Below are positions 11,376-24,269 of a stretch of 64,000 nucleotides of DNA, piece by piece. Below the pieces are notes generated by a model that saw nothing but the letters and a program-made list of their open reading frames with translations, had not been told where the DNA came from and ran no database searches. Position 1 is the stretch's first letter. Each line of letters begins with the position of its first letter. The position numbers and the translations under genes were made by a program. Origin of the DNA: Octopus sinensis (lineage: Eukaryota); contig NC_043007.1 in NCBI RefSeq assembly GCF_006345805.1, positions 34,100,001 to 34,164,000 of the forward strand. The letters are read 5' to 3'.

Positions 11376-13988
11376 TTAGATAAAACTTAGATATGTTTCG
11401 ACCAGAGATTGGTCCAGGCCATGTCTAACTTAATAGCACCACCTGATAGGATTATTCGAATCCTGTTTAAGTCAAGTTTTGTTCAAGTAGTGAGTTCTTG
11501 TTGGGTGAGTTGTATCCAGTTTTGTTCAAGTAGTGAGTTCTTGTTGGGTGAGTTGTATCCATTATGGGTGGCTTATCTGGTATTCTTTGAAGGAATCTAT
11601 CCAGACTCTGTTTGAAGTTGATGGGATCCTTTTCCTCTTTGATCTCCCTCGGGACAATGTTAAATAGGGCAGGGCCTGTTGAGGAAAAGAAATTATGTTG
11701 CAGTGTACATGTATGTTGTGATCTTGAATTTGGCAGGGGACGTATAGCCCGTGGTCCAAGTCTCGGATGAACCTTGAAGCTAATGTTTAGGTCGTTTGGG
11801 CAAAGTTGGCGGTATATTTTCCACATCGTACAAATGATGTACCGCTCACGGCGACGCTGGAGGGAGTAAAGTTCAAGGCTTTAAAGCGATCCCAATAGTC
11901 GAGAGCAGCCATGCCTTCAATTTTTTAGTGAGAGCCCTCTGGGGTGACTCAATTCTGGAGATGTTTTTTCTTGTGTGAGGAGACCACAGTGGGCAGCAGT
12001 ATTCAAGGTGTGGCCGTACAAAGGATGAAAAAAGTGGTATGATGACACCTTGTTCTCTGGACCGGAAAGTTCTTAAGATCCAGGAACTCATCCTACGAGC
12101 TGTATCGACCTTCTTGTTGATGTGTGCACTCCAGCTGAGATCGTCATCAACAATTACCCCAGGTCTCTGATATTGTTAGAGGCTGTGAGCGGTTCCCCTG
12201 AAGGAAGGAGAGTATGATTGTTTTAGTGAGGAATTTCTTCCAAAATGCATCAGCTCAAATTTTCCCTCATTCAGTTGCATTTTGTTTCTGTCTGCCCATT
12301 GACTCACAGCATATAGGTCAGACTGGAGTTGAGTTCGGTCTGCTTCTTCATTGACGATTTGCTGGAGCTTAGTGTCATCAGCGAATATTTTCACTTTGCA
12401 GTGATGTACGACACTGGAAAGGTCGTTTACATAAATTATGAAGAGTAGCGGACCCAAAACAGTTCCCTGGGGAACACCGCTGGTGACTTTTGCTGGGTTT
12501 GAGTGGACTCCATCAACTACAACATGTTGTGTTCTATTCGCTAGGAAATACTGAATCCAGTGTAGAACTTTTCCACGGATTCCAACATTTGCCAATTTCG
12601 AGAATAGGATGTTATGGTCTACCCTGTCGAACGCTTTACTGAAGTCAAGGTATATGACGTCAGAGTTCGAACCTGTTCCCAAGGCTTTGAGTACATCTTC
12701 AATGTGGTGTAAGAGCTGTGTTAGACAGTCCCTGCCACAGCGAAAGCCATGCTGATTTGAATTTAGGAGTTTGTGGGTCTCCAGGAAGTCAGCTATCCTT
12801 GATCTAACACTCTTTCAAACACTTTAATGATGTGGGAGGTGAGTGAGATTGGGCGATAGTTGACTGCGAGGGATCTGTTTCCCTGTTTGAAAACCGGGAT
12901 GACCGACTGGGATAGAAACTTTTTCGGTATAATAACCTGCGTCTAACGAGTTTCCTCCAGAGGTTGGTCAGAGGGACTGCAAGTTGATATCTACATTCCT
13001 TCAGGAGACTGGCGGGAAATCTATCAGGGCCTACAGCAGAGTAATGTTTGACCTCATTTATTGCTGCTACGATGTCGGTGGCAGTGAAGTTATGTCTGCG
13101 ATTTTGTGTTGGGAGTCAGCTTCGTTCGTTTCCCTCACATCAATATCAGTGGGAACACTGAAGACAGAGCAATATTGTTTCTGCAGTATTTCTGCCATTT
13201 CTTTAGCATCGTGTTGGGGAATGCCGTTTTCATCAATCAATGGCCCAATAGGTGAGACAGTGGTTCTATGCTTATTTGCATAAGAATAGAACACTTTTGG
13301 GTTCTGTTTGATGTTTTTGATTACCCATTGTTCCTCCACAGCTCTTTGATTTTCAATGGAGGTTTTCATGTTAGTCTGCAGATGAAGTTTTTCCAGCTCT
13401 AGTCTTTTCATTGTTGTTGAATGTGGATGTTGCGTGTGGGAATATTTTAATTGGTTGATTTTTTTGTTGAGTCTTTTGATGCGCCTGATGAGTGTTGTTT
13501 TTCTTTTTAGGGAGCCGGTTTCTGTTTGTTTAGTAGATTTCTTGGGAGCGTGTTAGAGCATGTGTCGGTGACAATGGTTTCAAAGTGCTGCCACGCGGTC
13601 TCAATATGAGGGAATTGAAAGTAAAAGACCAGTCGATGGAAGACAGATCCTTTCTGATTGTTCCCCAGTCCGCTTTGTGGAAATTTATGTGTCAAATGGG
13701 TGCCATGGAGTGGGATTGGCTGGTTTGGTTTTTATACGTCGGGAATTAAGATTGCAGAGTACCATGTCGTGGTCTGAGAGGAGAGTTTTTTCGACTGAAA
13801 TGCTGTGAACGTAGCTAGAGTGATTGGTCAGTACCAGATCCAAGATCGTTTTATTCTGTCTCGTTGGTTCAAGCACTAGCTGAGTCAGGAAATACTCATC
13901 CATCAGATTAAAGAGCAGTTCTGCTGCTGCCCTATCTGATGTAGAGCACTTGCCTAACTTCGGAGTATTTGTGGGCCAGTTCACATGA
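11371..13988 (-). mobile_element. CR1/L2-group LINE, 5'-truncated ORF2 (endonuclease end plus RT), ~2.6 kb, frameshifted
   Basis: LTQLVLEPTRQNKTILDLVLTN; YLDFSKAFDRVDH; SGVPQGTVLGPLLFIIYVNDL; IFADDTK; RPHLEYCCPLWSP; LDRFLQRIPDKP. The 3' end has a short tandem (atctaagtttt)x2, and both ends lie in (TA)n. Confidence 0.93.
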
Positions 13989-14084
13989 TATATATATATA
14001 TACTCTTTACTCTTTTACTCTTTTACTTGTTTCAATCATTTGACTGCGGCCATGCTGGAGCACCGCCTTTAATCGAGCAACTCG

Positions 14085-14222
14085 ATGTTACTCCAGTCCA
14101 CTCATTTGGCAAAAATGAGTAACGCTGCGATGGACTGGCGTCCCGTCCAGCTAGAGAACACGTACGTCATAGAAACCGGGAATCCGGGCCCATGAGTCTG
14201 GCTAGGCTTTAAAAGGGTGCAT
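14085..14222 (+). mobile_element. SINE family D, 5'-truncated
   Basis: ctccagtccactcatttggcaaaaatgagtaac...cccgtccagct...aaaagggtgcattt; homologous to 39505-39754. Confidence 0.75.
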
Positions 14223-14226
14223 TTAT

Positions 14227-14259
<33 letters not shown>

Positions 14260-14441
14260 TATATATATTATATATATATATATACATACATACATACATA
14301 TCTACGGGATTAGAACATATATAATTACATTCAAACATACATAAATACAGATGTTTTCCTTTGTTACTAAGTGGGTGGTCAGTCAATGTTGACTCTAAAT
14401 TAAAGAAAAAGAAACATGCAGACACACACACGCACATCTGT

Positions 14442-14478
<37 letters not shown>

Positions 14479-15474
14479 GTTGTATGTGCATGAATGTATA
14501 TGTATGTATGTATGCATGTATGTATGTATGTATGTATGTATGTATGTATGTATGTGTGTATGCTTTTGTTTCTCTGTGTGGGTGTGTGTGTAGACATAAA
14601 AATAAAATCTGCGCGCCTTCCTATACATTACCAAAATCTTTTTATTAGTGGTTTAGCGACATAACGACTCCATTGATTGTTTATATTCTGTATATTTAAT
14701 TTTTACTCTTACAGTACGGAGACTCGGTTATTGTCTAGAATAGATAACCCCCTCCTGCAAATAAAATTAGCTTACATAAAACGTAACCATAGTCTTTTGG
14801 GATGAATTACAACATTTCCGGACTTATTTTAGGAAATAGCATCTTAGACGCGGGAATTAAAATACGTCCGAAACGGAATATATATATTTATCTATACATG
14901 TTTTAGGTATGTAGAATACTTTTCTTATTTTGTTATATAAGATTAATTTAATATGAAGTGTTGCTGTGTTTGATTAATCAAATAACATAGAATTATGAAA
15001 TATCAGAAAGTTTAATATAAGTTTCCTTTGCTTAGATCTAACAAAGGATATGTTTACACGTAGCTACATTAGATATAATGCAGGAGGAAATATCATCCTT
15101 ATTTGTGTATATTTAGATTGAAATTACGTCCAAGCCTATTGGTAAATTAGCCGGTAATTTAATGCGAGTCAAAGATTGAGCTGGGAATGTATCTAAAATG
15201 CAGTCTACACGGGTATATTTTTCATAGTTTAGTCAAAAGAAATAGTATTAGCAATCGTCTCTTACAGACCCTCCGATGCTTGTTTTCGGAGGAGGAAGTT
15301 ATCATTGCTTGGATATGTGGCCAAAACGATTACAACAGATTTGACTTCGTTAAAGTACTCAGGAGTCAGTCGGCAGTGTTCAACCGGATGATGGTTTGAA
15401 GTCTACCACACAAATAGGCCATTATGGAGGTTTGAACTCAGACCTAAGAGCACAAAAAGCAGAAACACAGTTGC

Positions 15475-15563
15475 ACGTAGGTGTAGGCATGATTGTGTCA
15501 TTAAGAATCTCCACTTCCAATCACCTTTCATACGGAAACTGAAAGAAGCCCGTCGTATATATG

Positions 15564-15631
<68 letters not shown>

Positions 15632-15815
15632 TGTGTTTGTCCCTTCAACATCGCTTGATAACCGATACTGGCGTGTTTACGTCCCTGTAACTTAGCGGTT
15701 CGGCAAAAGACACCGATAGACTAAGGACTAGGCTTACAAAGAATAAGTCGATATGCTCAACTAAAGGCAGTGCTCCCGCATGGCCACAGTCAAATGACTC
15801 AAGCAAGTAAAAGAG
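15475..15815 (+). mobile_element. SINE family B (internal deletions)
   Basis: ggaaactgaaagaagcccgtcg-(TA)n(TG)n-tttgtcccttcaacatcgcttg...cggttcggcaaaagacaccgatag. Confidence 0.85.
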
Positions 15816-15875
15816 TATGTATGTATTATATGCATACATTGCATATTTGAATATATTTATATACCAACATGTGTT

Positions 15876-15928
<53 letters not shown>

Positions 15929-16799
15929 ATGTATGCATTTTAAAGACAATATTCTGCATAGTTCCTCTGTTTCTGCTTACCAAATTCACTCACAAAGCGT
16001 CGTTATACAGCGAATCCCTTTTTTTGTTTTGTTTGTTGCTGTTTAAGTCGGTTGTGCCTGATGATACGACTGAGATCTGTTTACTTTCAAGCAAGCCTTA
16101 CAAACTTGTACACGGTTCATCGCCGACTCGGTATTATTTCATTAGAATGTTAATGCATTAAATACAGAAGAATTATTCACCTGTTGTTTAATACCACAAA
16201 ACTACAAAGCTTAGGGAAAATATCCAAACCAGTAAAAACAAATTCGAGAGCAAGAAAGACAGCCATTGTAATTGTGGAGAGAACATTTTAGAAAGTAAAT
16301 CCAACATGTAATTTGTCTAACAAAAGGGATTATCGAGCGTCTGTCAAGAACTTGTGTCGTTCTTATTTACTACCAGTACCACTGCTGATTAAATCTGGGA
16401 TTATATGTTCTGGTATTAGTGGCTGCGACATTGGTAGTAACGCTGGTGGCTTTGATGGTAGTGGTGGTGATTATAGTGTTACTGTTCGGAGAGAAAGCAT
16501 CATAAAATTGATTTAAATCATACAAAATTAATATTTACCTTCTTTTATTTTTTATAACAAGGTAACATTTTTCTTTTTCCAGAAAATAAACTTGGTTTTC
16601 TCAGATTTATTTATTATGTGTTTATTATTTATTTATTTATTTATTTATTTTGTTCTCTTTTTTTTCCTACTTTCGTAACAAAGATTTCTTGAACTCCACA
16701 ATAGTTTCCTCTGCGCCTTTATTTTAAGTTCCAACATTAAACTGTTTATCAGTTTATTACTGCCAGCGTTATAGTTTCTTTTGGTCCTTATTTTCATAA

Positions 16800-16948
16800 A
16801 CACCCCGCCATCACCACCACCACCACCACCACCACTATTTATACTACTACTACTACTACTACTACTACTATTAGTAATAATAATAATAATAATAATAAAA
16901 ACCCACCACCACTGTCGCCGCCTTCACCACCACCAGCACCACTATTTA

Positions 16949-16992
<44 letters not shown>

Positions 16993-17304
16993 GTAATAAT
17001 AATAATAATAATAAAAACCCACCACCACCGTCGCCGCCTTCACCACCACCAGCACCACTATTTATACTACTACTACTACTACTACTAACCCACCGCCACC
17101 GCCGCCATCACCCCTACTACTACTACTATACTACTACTACTACTAACCCACTATCACCGCCGCCGCCGCCACCACCACCACCACCACTATCACCACCACC
17201 ATCACTATCACCGCCACCACCACTATTTATACTACTACTACTAACCCACCGCCACCGCCATCCCCCTACTACTACAACTACTACTACTACTGCTGCTGCT
17301 GCTG

Positions 17305-17353
<49 letters not shown>

Positions 17354-17380
17354 TACTACAACAACTACTACTACTACTTC
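16800..17380. repeat. Compound (CAC)/(TAC)/(TAA) trinucleotide tract with higher-order repeat
   Basis: The block cactatttata(cta)n tagt(aat)n aaaaacccaccacc...cgccgccttcaccaccaccagcac is repeated. Confidence 0.9.
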
Positions 17381-18473
17381 ACGTTAATATTGCTATTGTC
17401 ATTATTTCCTGGCCTAATAACATGTATTTATTTATTCGTTTTTGCCTTGCTTTATGTATTGTTTGTTGTGTTAAATCTCTTCGAACAATATTTTTGACGG
17501 ATATTTACAATTTTTCCTGTTTTTTTATTATTATTATTATTATTATTTGTATTAAAATCCTTTACATCTGAAAAATTCTTCGAATGATAATTCTTTCAAG
17601 AGTTGTTTAATATTCATTTCCTTTATTTTTGTTTGTATATTTTGCATTTGAGTTTGTTTTTGTTTTGTTTTGTTTTGTGTTTTTATTGTTTGCGTGTGTA
17701 TTTCTTAATTTTACTTCGCATGCAAGCAGGTGTGTGTATGTATGTGCCTGTCTACGGGCGAAACAGTGTGCGTTTTTTTTTTTTTATCTGTATATCAGAT
17801 AATAAAAAAGTATTGCGTGCTTGTATGAATGTTACAAAAGATATCTGCTAGCCAATGTCGTAGAAATATATAACTAAGCGAAAAGAACTAACAAGTACAA
17901 GCTCACACGATACGAAATGTATTATCGCCAAGTCTGCAAAGTAGTCTTTACAAGGTTGTTCGATCTGTAAGAAATAATAGCCACACCTATCATAAATCAC
18001 CCTCAAATAACAGAGAAATGTGTTTAGAAAGGAGTAACAAGCGTCACCTACCTAGCATAGTTCTAGAACCAGGGTTAGGTAGGGTTTTTAGTTGGGTTAT
18101 GGTAGGAGCATTTTTTAAAATTTTACTACTGCTATTTATTTGACTAGAGTTGACCTGGTACTAAATAACGACAAAAAAGCAACAGCAACAACAACAACAA
18201 CAACAGCAACAAAAACATAAGTAACAGCAATAACAACAACAATAAAAACAGGCAGCAGTAGTAACATCAACAAGAACAACAACGAGACAGCAACAACAAT
18301 AGTAATATGAACAACAACAACGATGACACTGGGCAACAGAAAAAGATTTATTGCCTGCAGCCCAGAGAAATGGAGTTGTCCTAAATTAAACAGAGTACGT
18401 TGATTCTGAATCTGAACTCAGAATTGCTGTAGCCCGTCAGGAGTTTGAGTAACGTTCCTAATAGTAATAATAG

Positions 18474-18627
18474 TATACTATTATAATAATCATTTACCTT
18501 GAACTTAACAATTTCTGATACTAATATAGTATCAATTAATATAAATAATAGCTCAAATAATACTATTATTACTATATTAGTATCAGAAATTGTTAAGTTC
18601 AAGGTAAATGATTATTATAATAGTATA
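18474..18627. repeat. Perfect 58 bp inverted repeat with 38 nt spacer
   Basis: 18474-18531 is the exact reverse complement of 18570-18627. Confidence 0.9.
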
Positions 18628-18677
18628 TTAGTACGGTATATAACATATTTATGCTCAATGCAATTACTATTATAATA

Positions 18678-19097
18678 TTGGGTTGTTCGGAAAGTTTGTG
18701 CCGATTTATATTAGCTTACCTTTCGACTTATTTTAGAACATGGTTGAGTCCATAAAATAGGATTTGACTACACTATTTAGAGCACAGTTTAAGCTATCTT
18801 TTCGTGGAAGAAGGTTTATGTTCCTATAACCTGTGTTAATTCTGTAACCCTTTAAAATGGAAGATAAGAAAGTTCATTTCGGCACTTGATCGTTTGGGAA
18901 CCACACAAAAATTGCTGGAGCTCGGCTGGGATGTGTTACCCCACACTCAATATTCACCAGATATTGCTCCTTCGGATTTCCACTTATTCAGGTCTCTGCA
19001 GAATAGTCTTAATGGTAAAAATTTCAATTCCTTGGATGAGGTAAAAAGTGACCTTGATGAATTCTTTGCCATGAAACCACCTCAGTTCTGGGAAGAC
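18678..19097 (+). mobile_element. Mariner transposon, internally deleted, 3' end missing
   Basis: TA followed by the TIR-like ttgggttgttcggaaagtt. N-terminal MEDKKVHF is fused to TTQKLLELGWDVLPHTQYSPDIAPSDFHLFRSLQNSL, the mariner YSPDLAPSD motif. Confidence 0.9.
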
Positions 19098-20174
19098 AGA
19101 TGTGCCTACATGGCGAGAACGAAAAACAGAAACTTTCGTACCTTGCTGTAGGGGATTCCGTTTTTGTAGTCTGAATCCCCAAACTTCTACCTTCTCCCTT
19201 GTTAATCCTAGGTCTCTTACTAACTCGTTCAAATCTTCTTGATTAAAGAAGCGTAGCTCAATTTTCCTTGAATCAACTACGTACTTTTCGTCGATAGGAG
19301 CATCAGTGGAGTCATCGTGCGACGTGCGAATGTCTTCAAGTGAATCATGTGAGAGAGGAACTGAGAAAGGGTTCTCGAAGTCATGTTAAACAGGTTTTAG
19401 AGCAGACTTACAATCTGCATACACAACTTTAGCTTTGGTTTTCTTTGAGAAACCACTAATATCAGAAATACAAAAGTAACAGACACGTGATTGGTTGGCT
19501 CACCCCTTACCTTTGGTGCAGCCGAAGATATTGCCTTCCGTTTTCCATTCAGCCACTGTGTAATACCTGAGTAACATACGGTGCTGCATATATGAGTTAC
19601 CCACCTCTTGTCTTCGGCCCCACCTTTACATCCGAAATAATATTTATAGTCAGTTTTTAGTTTGGTGGCAATGTTCTTCCGCTAGTCACGTGGAACAAAT
19701 TTTCCACAGTCAACAAAAGTTCTCTGGGTTATTCACACATACTCTCCTATTCATGATGTAACACAATGAATACAGTTAAAACAGTAGTCACGTGGAGCGA
19801 GAGATACACATACCACACGTGACGGCAGCGCAAACGATACCAAAAACAAAACGACGTATTTGTTATCAAGAACAAACTGACGTATTTGGCGCTTGCACAC
19901 AGTACGTCAGCGCCATCTATTGCTAAACTAAATAATGGACTTCCTTATCGTTTGTTTTATTGCTGTTATTTCTTTAATTGTGAATTAACACCACTTTCAC
20001 TTCAGCAAATTTTATAATGTGGCCTATATCTAGCCGAAAGTATAGTTATAATCTTGTTTATAACTCAAAACCCTGATGTGCTGGAGTAATTCTGAGGGCA
20101 GATTCGAGATCAGCATCCTCGATTTAGTCTAAAACATGCTTTTACCCCAGTAGCAAAATCTTTGTTGTCCAGTG
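19098..20174 (-). mobile_element. Chapaev3-like (CMC) DNA transposon, 5' part, decayed
   Basis: Minus strand begins cactggacaacaaag after a TTA/TAA flank. Translates as CVNNPENFC...YFGCKGGAEDKRWVTHIC...W...EPTNH..CYFC and MNELVRDLGLTREKVEVWGFRLQKRNPLQQGTKVSVFRSRH. Confidence 0.75.
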
Positions 20175-20217
20175 TAATAGGATCAGCAATAAAACAGCAG
20201 CAGCAGCAGCAGCAGCA

Positions 20218-20590
20218 GGCGTAATGGCCCAGTGGTTAGGGCAGCGGACTCGCGGTCGGAAGATCGTGGTTTCGATTTCCAGACCGGGCGTTGTGTGTGT
20301 TTATTGAGTGAAAACACCTAAAGCTCCACGAGGCTCCGGCAGGGGATGGTGGCGACCCCTGTTGTACTCTTTTGCTCCAACTTTCTCTCACTCTTTCTTC
20401 CTGTTTCTTGTCCCCGACTTCCTACGCAACCGCTGAGCCTGGATGCGCATTCATCCGTCCGTCGATGCTCTCGGTGTCGGGGTTTGACCTGCTTTCTCTT
20501 CTGCGGGTTTTATGAATAGCAAAGGACCACGTTTCGGACTTCTCCCACTACAGGCATGGGACGAAGACCGTTTCGCTCAACAAACAAACA
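20218..20590 (+). mobile_element. SINE family C (tail variant 1)
   Basis: tRNA-like head ggcgtaatggcccagtggttagggcagcggactcgcggtc...gtttcgattt; ends in (caaa)n. Confidence 0.85.
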
Positions 20591-21123
20591 AGCAGCAGCA
20601 GCAGCAGCAACAACAACAACAACAACTACAGCAATAACAGCAGTGGCAGCAGCAGAAGCAGCAACAACACAGCAACAACAACGACAGTTACAACAATAGC
20701 GTTTCTGTCATTCGCACGGCTTCCTTTTTGCTTAAAGAGGATTAACAGACGTCCATTGATAACAGATGTTGTGGCTGTTTGGCGTGAGAGTTATTTTCGT
20801 GGCCATCTCGTCTTTTTATTCAGACACAATTTATCTGAGACTATCATCGTTCTTTTTTGTTTTCGTCGTTGCTGTGGTTGATTATCCCGTGGTAAACTTA
20901 GTCGGGCGTTCCATTCTGTGCCCATCCCTTTCTATTATTTTCTTTTTATTCAGACATTGTTTTTAGGAGAATATTGTTTTCTTTTACATTTTACTTGTTT
21001 CGGTCATTGAACTACAGCCACGCAAGGACTCTGGCTTGAAAGGTTTAGTCGAAAAAATTGCACCCTGTATCTATCTTTTAAATCAGGGACTTATACTTTT
21101 GGTTCTTTACCGAACTGTTCAGT

Positions 21124-21151
<28 letters not shown>

Positions 21152-21155
<4 letters not shown>

Positions 21156-22543
21156 CTCTTTTACTTCTTTCAGTCATTCGACTGCGGCCTTTAGTCAAGC
21201 AAATCGACCCCAGGACTTATTCTTTGTAAGCCTAGTACTTATTCTATCGGTCTCTTTTGCCGAACCGCTAAGTTACGGGGGACGTAAACACACCAGCATC
21301 CGTTGTCAATCGATGTTGGGGGCGACAAACACAGACACACACACACACCTATACACATAATATATATATTATATATATATATATTTATATACGAGAAAGA
21401 AGCAACAAGAATGGATTGGTTTTTAGTACAATTGTTTCATACAAAGACAGGCTTTATTACAAGTTGCAAAAATTGCAGCAGATAAAAGTGTCCCGTACTC
21501 ATCAGCTAAAATACATTTGAGTTCTCTAGACATCTTAGTGGGTGAGGTTATACTCATGAAATATTGGAGATAGTTCCATTAGAGGCAGATATAGGTTGTA
21601 AACAGTTTTCCAAAGTTCCTTAATGATGATGCACAGTCTTATCACAGATTTTTAAAAAACTTATTAGTTTCGAAGAGAAGATGAATCAATCCATAGTGTA
21701 GATTTAAATTTCCAGAGATATGAGGAGGATGATGCACAGACTTATCACAGGTTTTTAAAGACTTATTAGCTTCACAGAAAAGGTGAATTAATCCATAGTG
21801 AAGATAAATCTTCACTGTGGATTAATTCACCTTTTCTGTGAAGCTAATAAGTCTTTAAAAACCTGTGATAAGTCTGTGCATCATCCTCCTCATATCTCTG
21901 GAAATTTAAATCTACACTATGGATTGATTCATCTTCTCTTCGAAACTAATAAGTTTTTTAAAAATCTGTGATAAGACTGTGCATCATCATTAAGGAACTT
22001 TGGAAAACTGTTTACAACCTATATCTGCCTCTAATGGAACTATCTCCAATATTTCATGAGTATAACCTCACCCACTAAGATGTCTAGAGAACTCAAATGT
22101 ATTTTAGCTGATGAGTACGGGACACGTTTATCTGCTGCAATTTTTGCAACTTGTAATAAAGCCTGTCTTTGTATGAAACAATTGTACTAAAAGCCCAATC
22201 CATTCTTGTTGCTTCTTTCTCGTTTATAATCACCCCACATTACTGTATGGATAACACCATATAGTTTTTCTGGTGCATCTAAGTTAAGTACCACATTCAA
22301 GTAAATTCATTGGAAGTTACTTGAATCTTAATTGCTTTTATATATATATATATATACGACGGGCTTCTTTCAGCTTCAATCTACCAAATCCACTCACAAT
22401 TCTAACCTTGCGGCTGAGTATTCAAAAGTCTTCAATTTAAGACGGCTTTCAAAAACACGTCTTACATCTTCGGTGTCAAGCACAACGCTGACTTGCACAT
22501 GCGCAGAAGCAACCTGTAAGCAAGCTACTTACCACACAGCCAC
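21152..22543 (-). mobile_element. SINE family B split by an ~950 bp insertion in its internal (TA)n tract
   Basis: Tail half lies at ~21152-21350. The head half resumes as tatacgacgggcttctttcag at ~22350 and ends caagctacttaccacacagccac. Confidence 0.8.
21391..22223. repeat. ~830 bp near-perfect palindrome (arms ~415 bp, 2 nt loop at 21806-21807)
   Basis: Arms read as reverse complements throughout (agtgaagat-aa-atcttcact at the centre). Only ~4 differences seen, including one 1 bp indel. Confidence 0.95.
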
Positions 22544-23206
22544 ATGAGTCAGTTATATTTCAACCGTGTAACTATACACTTGCTTTTCTCCGATTATTCT
22601 TTTCCTTCTCAGACTTTCTCTAAGTATCAATTAAATACTTCACTGTATCTGTTCAATTGGCTTTTTTTTTCCCTGTTTTTATTTCTGATTAATATGGTGA
22701 ATTATTTCCTTGTTGGTTTTAAATTGCTGCTAGCCACCTGATTATTTTATAATTTTCACATTGCCATTTTGTGAAATCAGCCACGGATTCCTATAGAATT
22801 CTCCATAATATTGACAGGATGAGTTGGCCTCTACCAGCTGTGATGGAGTGGGGATTACTGATGAGTATTAATTTCCTATAGGAAATTAGCATACCGATCT
22901 AATACATCTCACTGTCAGTAGGAAGGGTTTTCTCCTCTGTCAATACAAAGAGACCATGTGCTTTTTGTGGCTAAGGAGTCTACGACTTCTATTTCTAGTC
23001 ATGCTGGTGCTCACTGCACCCTTGTCACTCTTAGTGACGGTGAATTATTTCCCGAACACACATGGTTGCGAAATGATTTTAATCATACAAGCATTTTTTT
23101 GTCATTGTTGTTTGTGCTTTTTAACCTCTAGTGATTAATGATAACCTCTGTAACAGTAGGCGCCCCAACCATGACCGACCATCTGATTATATAATACACA
23201 TATACA

Positions 23207-23431
23207 TTTCTTTACTGCCCACAAGGGGCTATACACAGAGGGGACAAACAAGGACAGACAAACGGATTAAGTCAATTATATCGACCCCAGTGTGTAACTG
23301 GTACTTATTTAATCGACCCCAAAAATGATGAAAGGCAAAGTCAACCTCGGCGGAATTTGAACTCAGAATGTAGCGGCAGATACCGCTAAACATTTCGCCT
23401 GACGTGCTAACGATTCTGCCAGCTCGCCGCC
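23207..23431 (-). mobile_element. SINE family A with TSD taatacacatata
   Basis: Full-length copy; 13 bp direct repeat on both flanks. Confidence 0.9.
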
Positions 23432-24269
23432 TTAATACACATATAATGTATCAATGACTGCAACATCCACAGTACGCTTCCTTCTATTTTTAAGGCAGTA
23501 GTGCAACAGATAACCGAGATGTAGCTGCTATTTCTTGCAATCCGTGCTAAGAGGTCAACACCCCATCTTTGGCTCATTATTGCTTTTACTGGTTACTGAT
23601 ACACTGATTACAGGAATATGATGACAATCACCAGAAAGCGCAAGGGCGATGCTTTTCGACCTCGTTAGATACACTAGAATTATAAATACGAAACATAGGC
23701 ATCAGTAATATGACCGAGGGGAAGGAATCTCGAGGGCGGGCAATCTACACATGACCCAAAACAGTCGGGTTTTATATATGTAATAAAGTGAGATCAAAAT
23801 CTCCGACTAACTAGGATTACCGATTTGATTAGGCGACAAAACTACCTCTGTCTAGCATCGTTTCAGCTGTCACTACAACACGGAAGGGAGCTAACTCAAA
23901 GTCAAATGAAATTTTGGGAAATATGCCAAAGATGCATTTAGTGAGTGGTGTTAATGTTATTTGCTGTCATTAGTATTTAGCACCTATAAGCCATGGCTCT
24001 GTGGACCTTTGATCAAAGTCGTTCTAGATGTGGCCATCTATGATTTTGCTCACGTTCTGATGTATCTAGAAGAATATTATTCTGGAAACAACAATTGTAC
24101 GTTGGCAAAATATTTAAAGTATCAGTGGAGAAATAGCTGTGTTGTAATATGTTCTGAGTTCAAGTCCAGCCATGTTCAATTTTGCAATTTGTCATCTAAA
24201 AGGTAATGATCCCCTTTGGAAAGGTAATGAACCCCTTTGGAAAGTTACCTTCCGAAGCACAAGTCCGAG

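Noticed and set aside
15278-15360. DPPMLVFGGGSYH resembling the HDAC LGGGGY motif
   Set aside because: Similarity does not continue, an in-frame stop follows, and the region is probably a retroelement remnant.
23640-23680. Minus-strand ctaacga-ggtc-gaaa hammerhead-like motif
   Set aside because: Several core mismatches and no stem I pairing.
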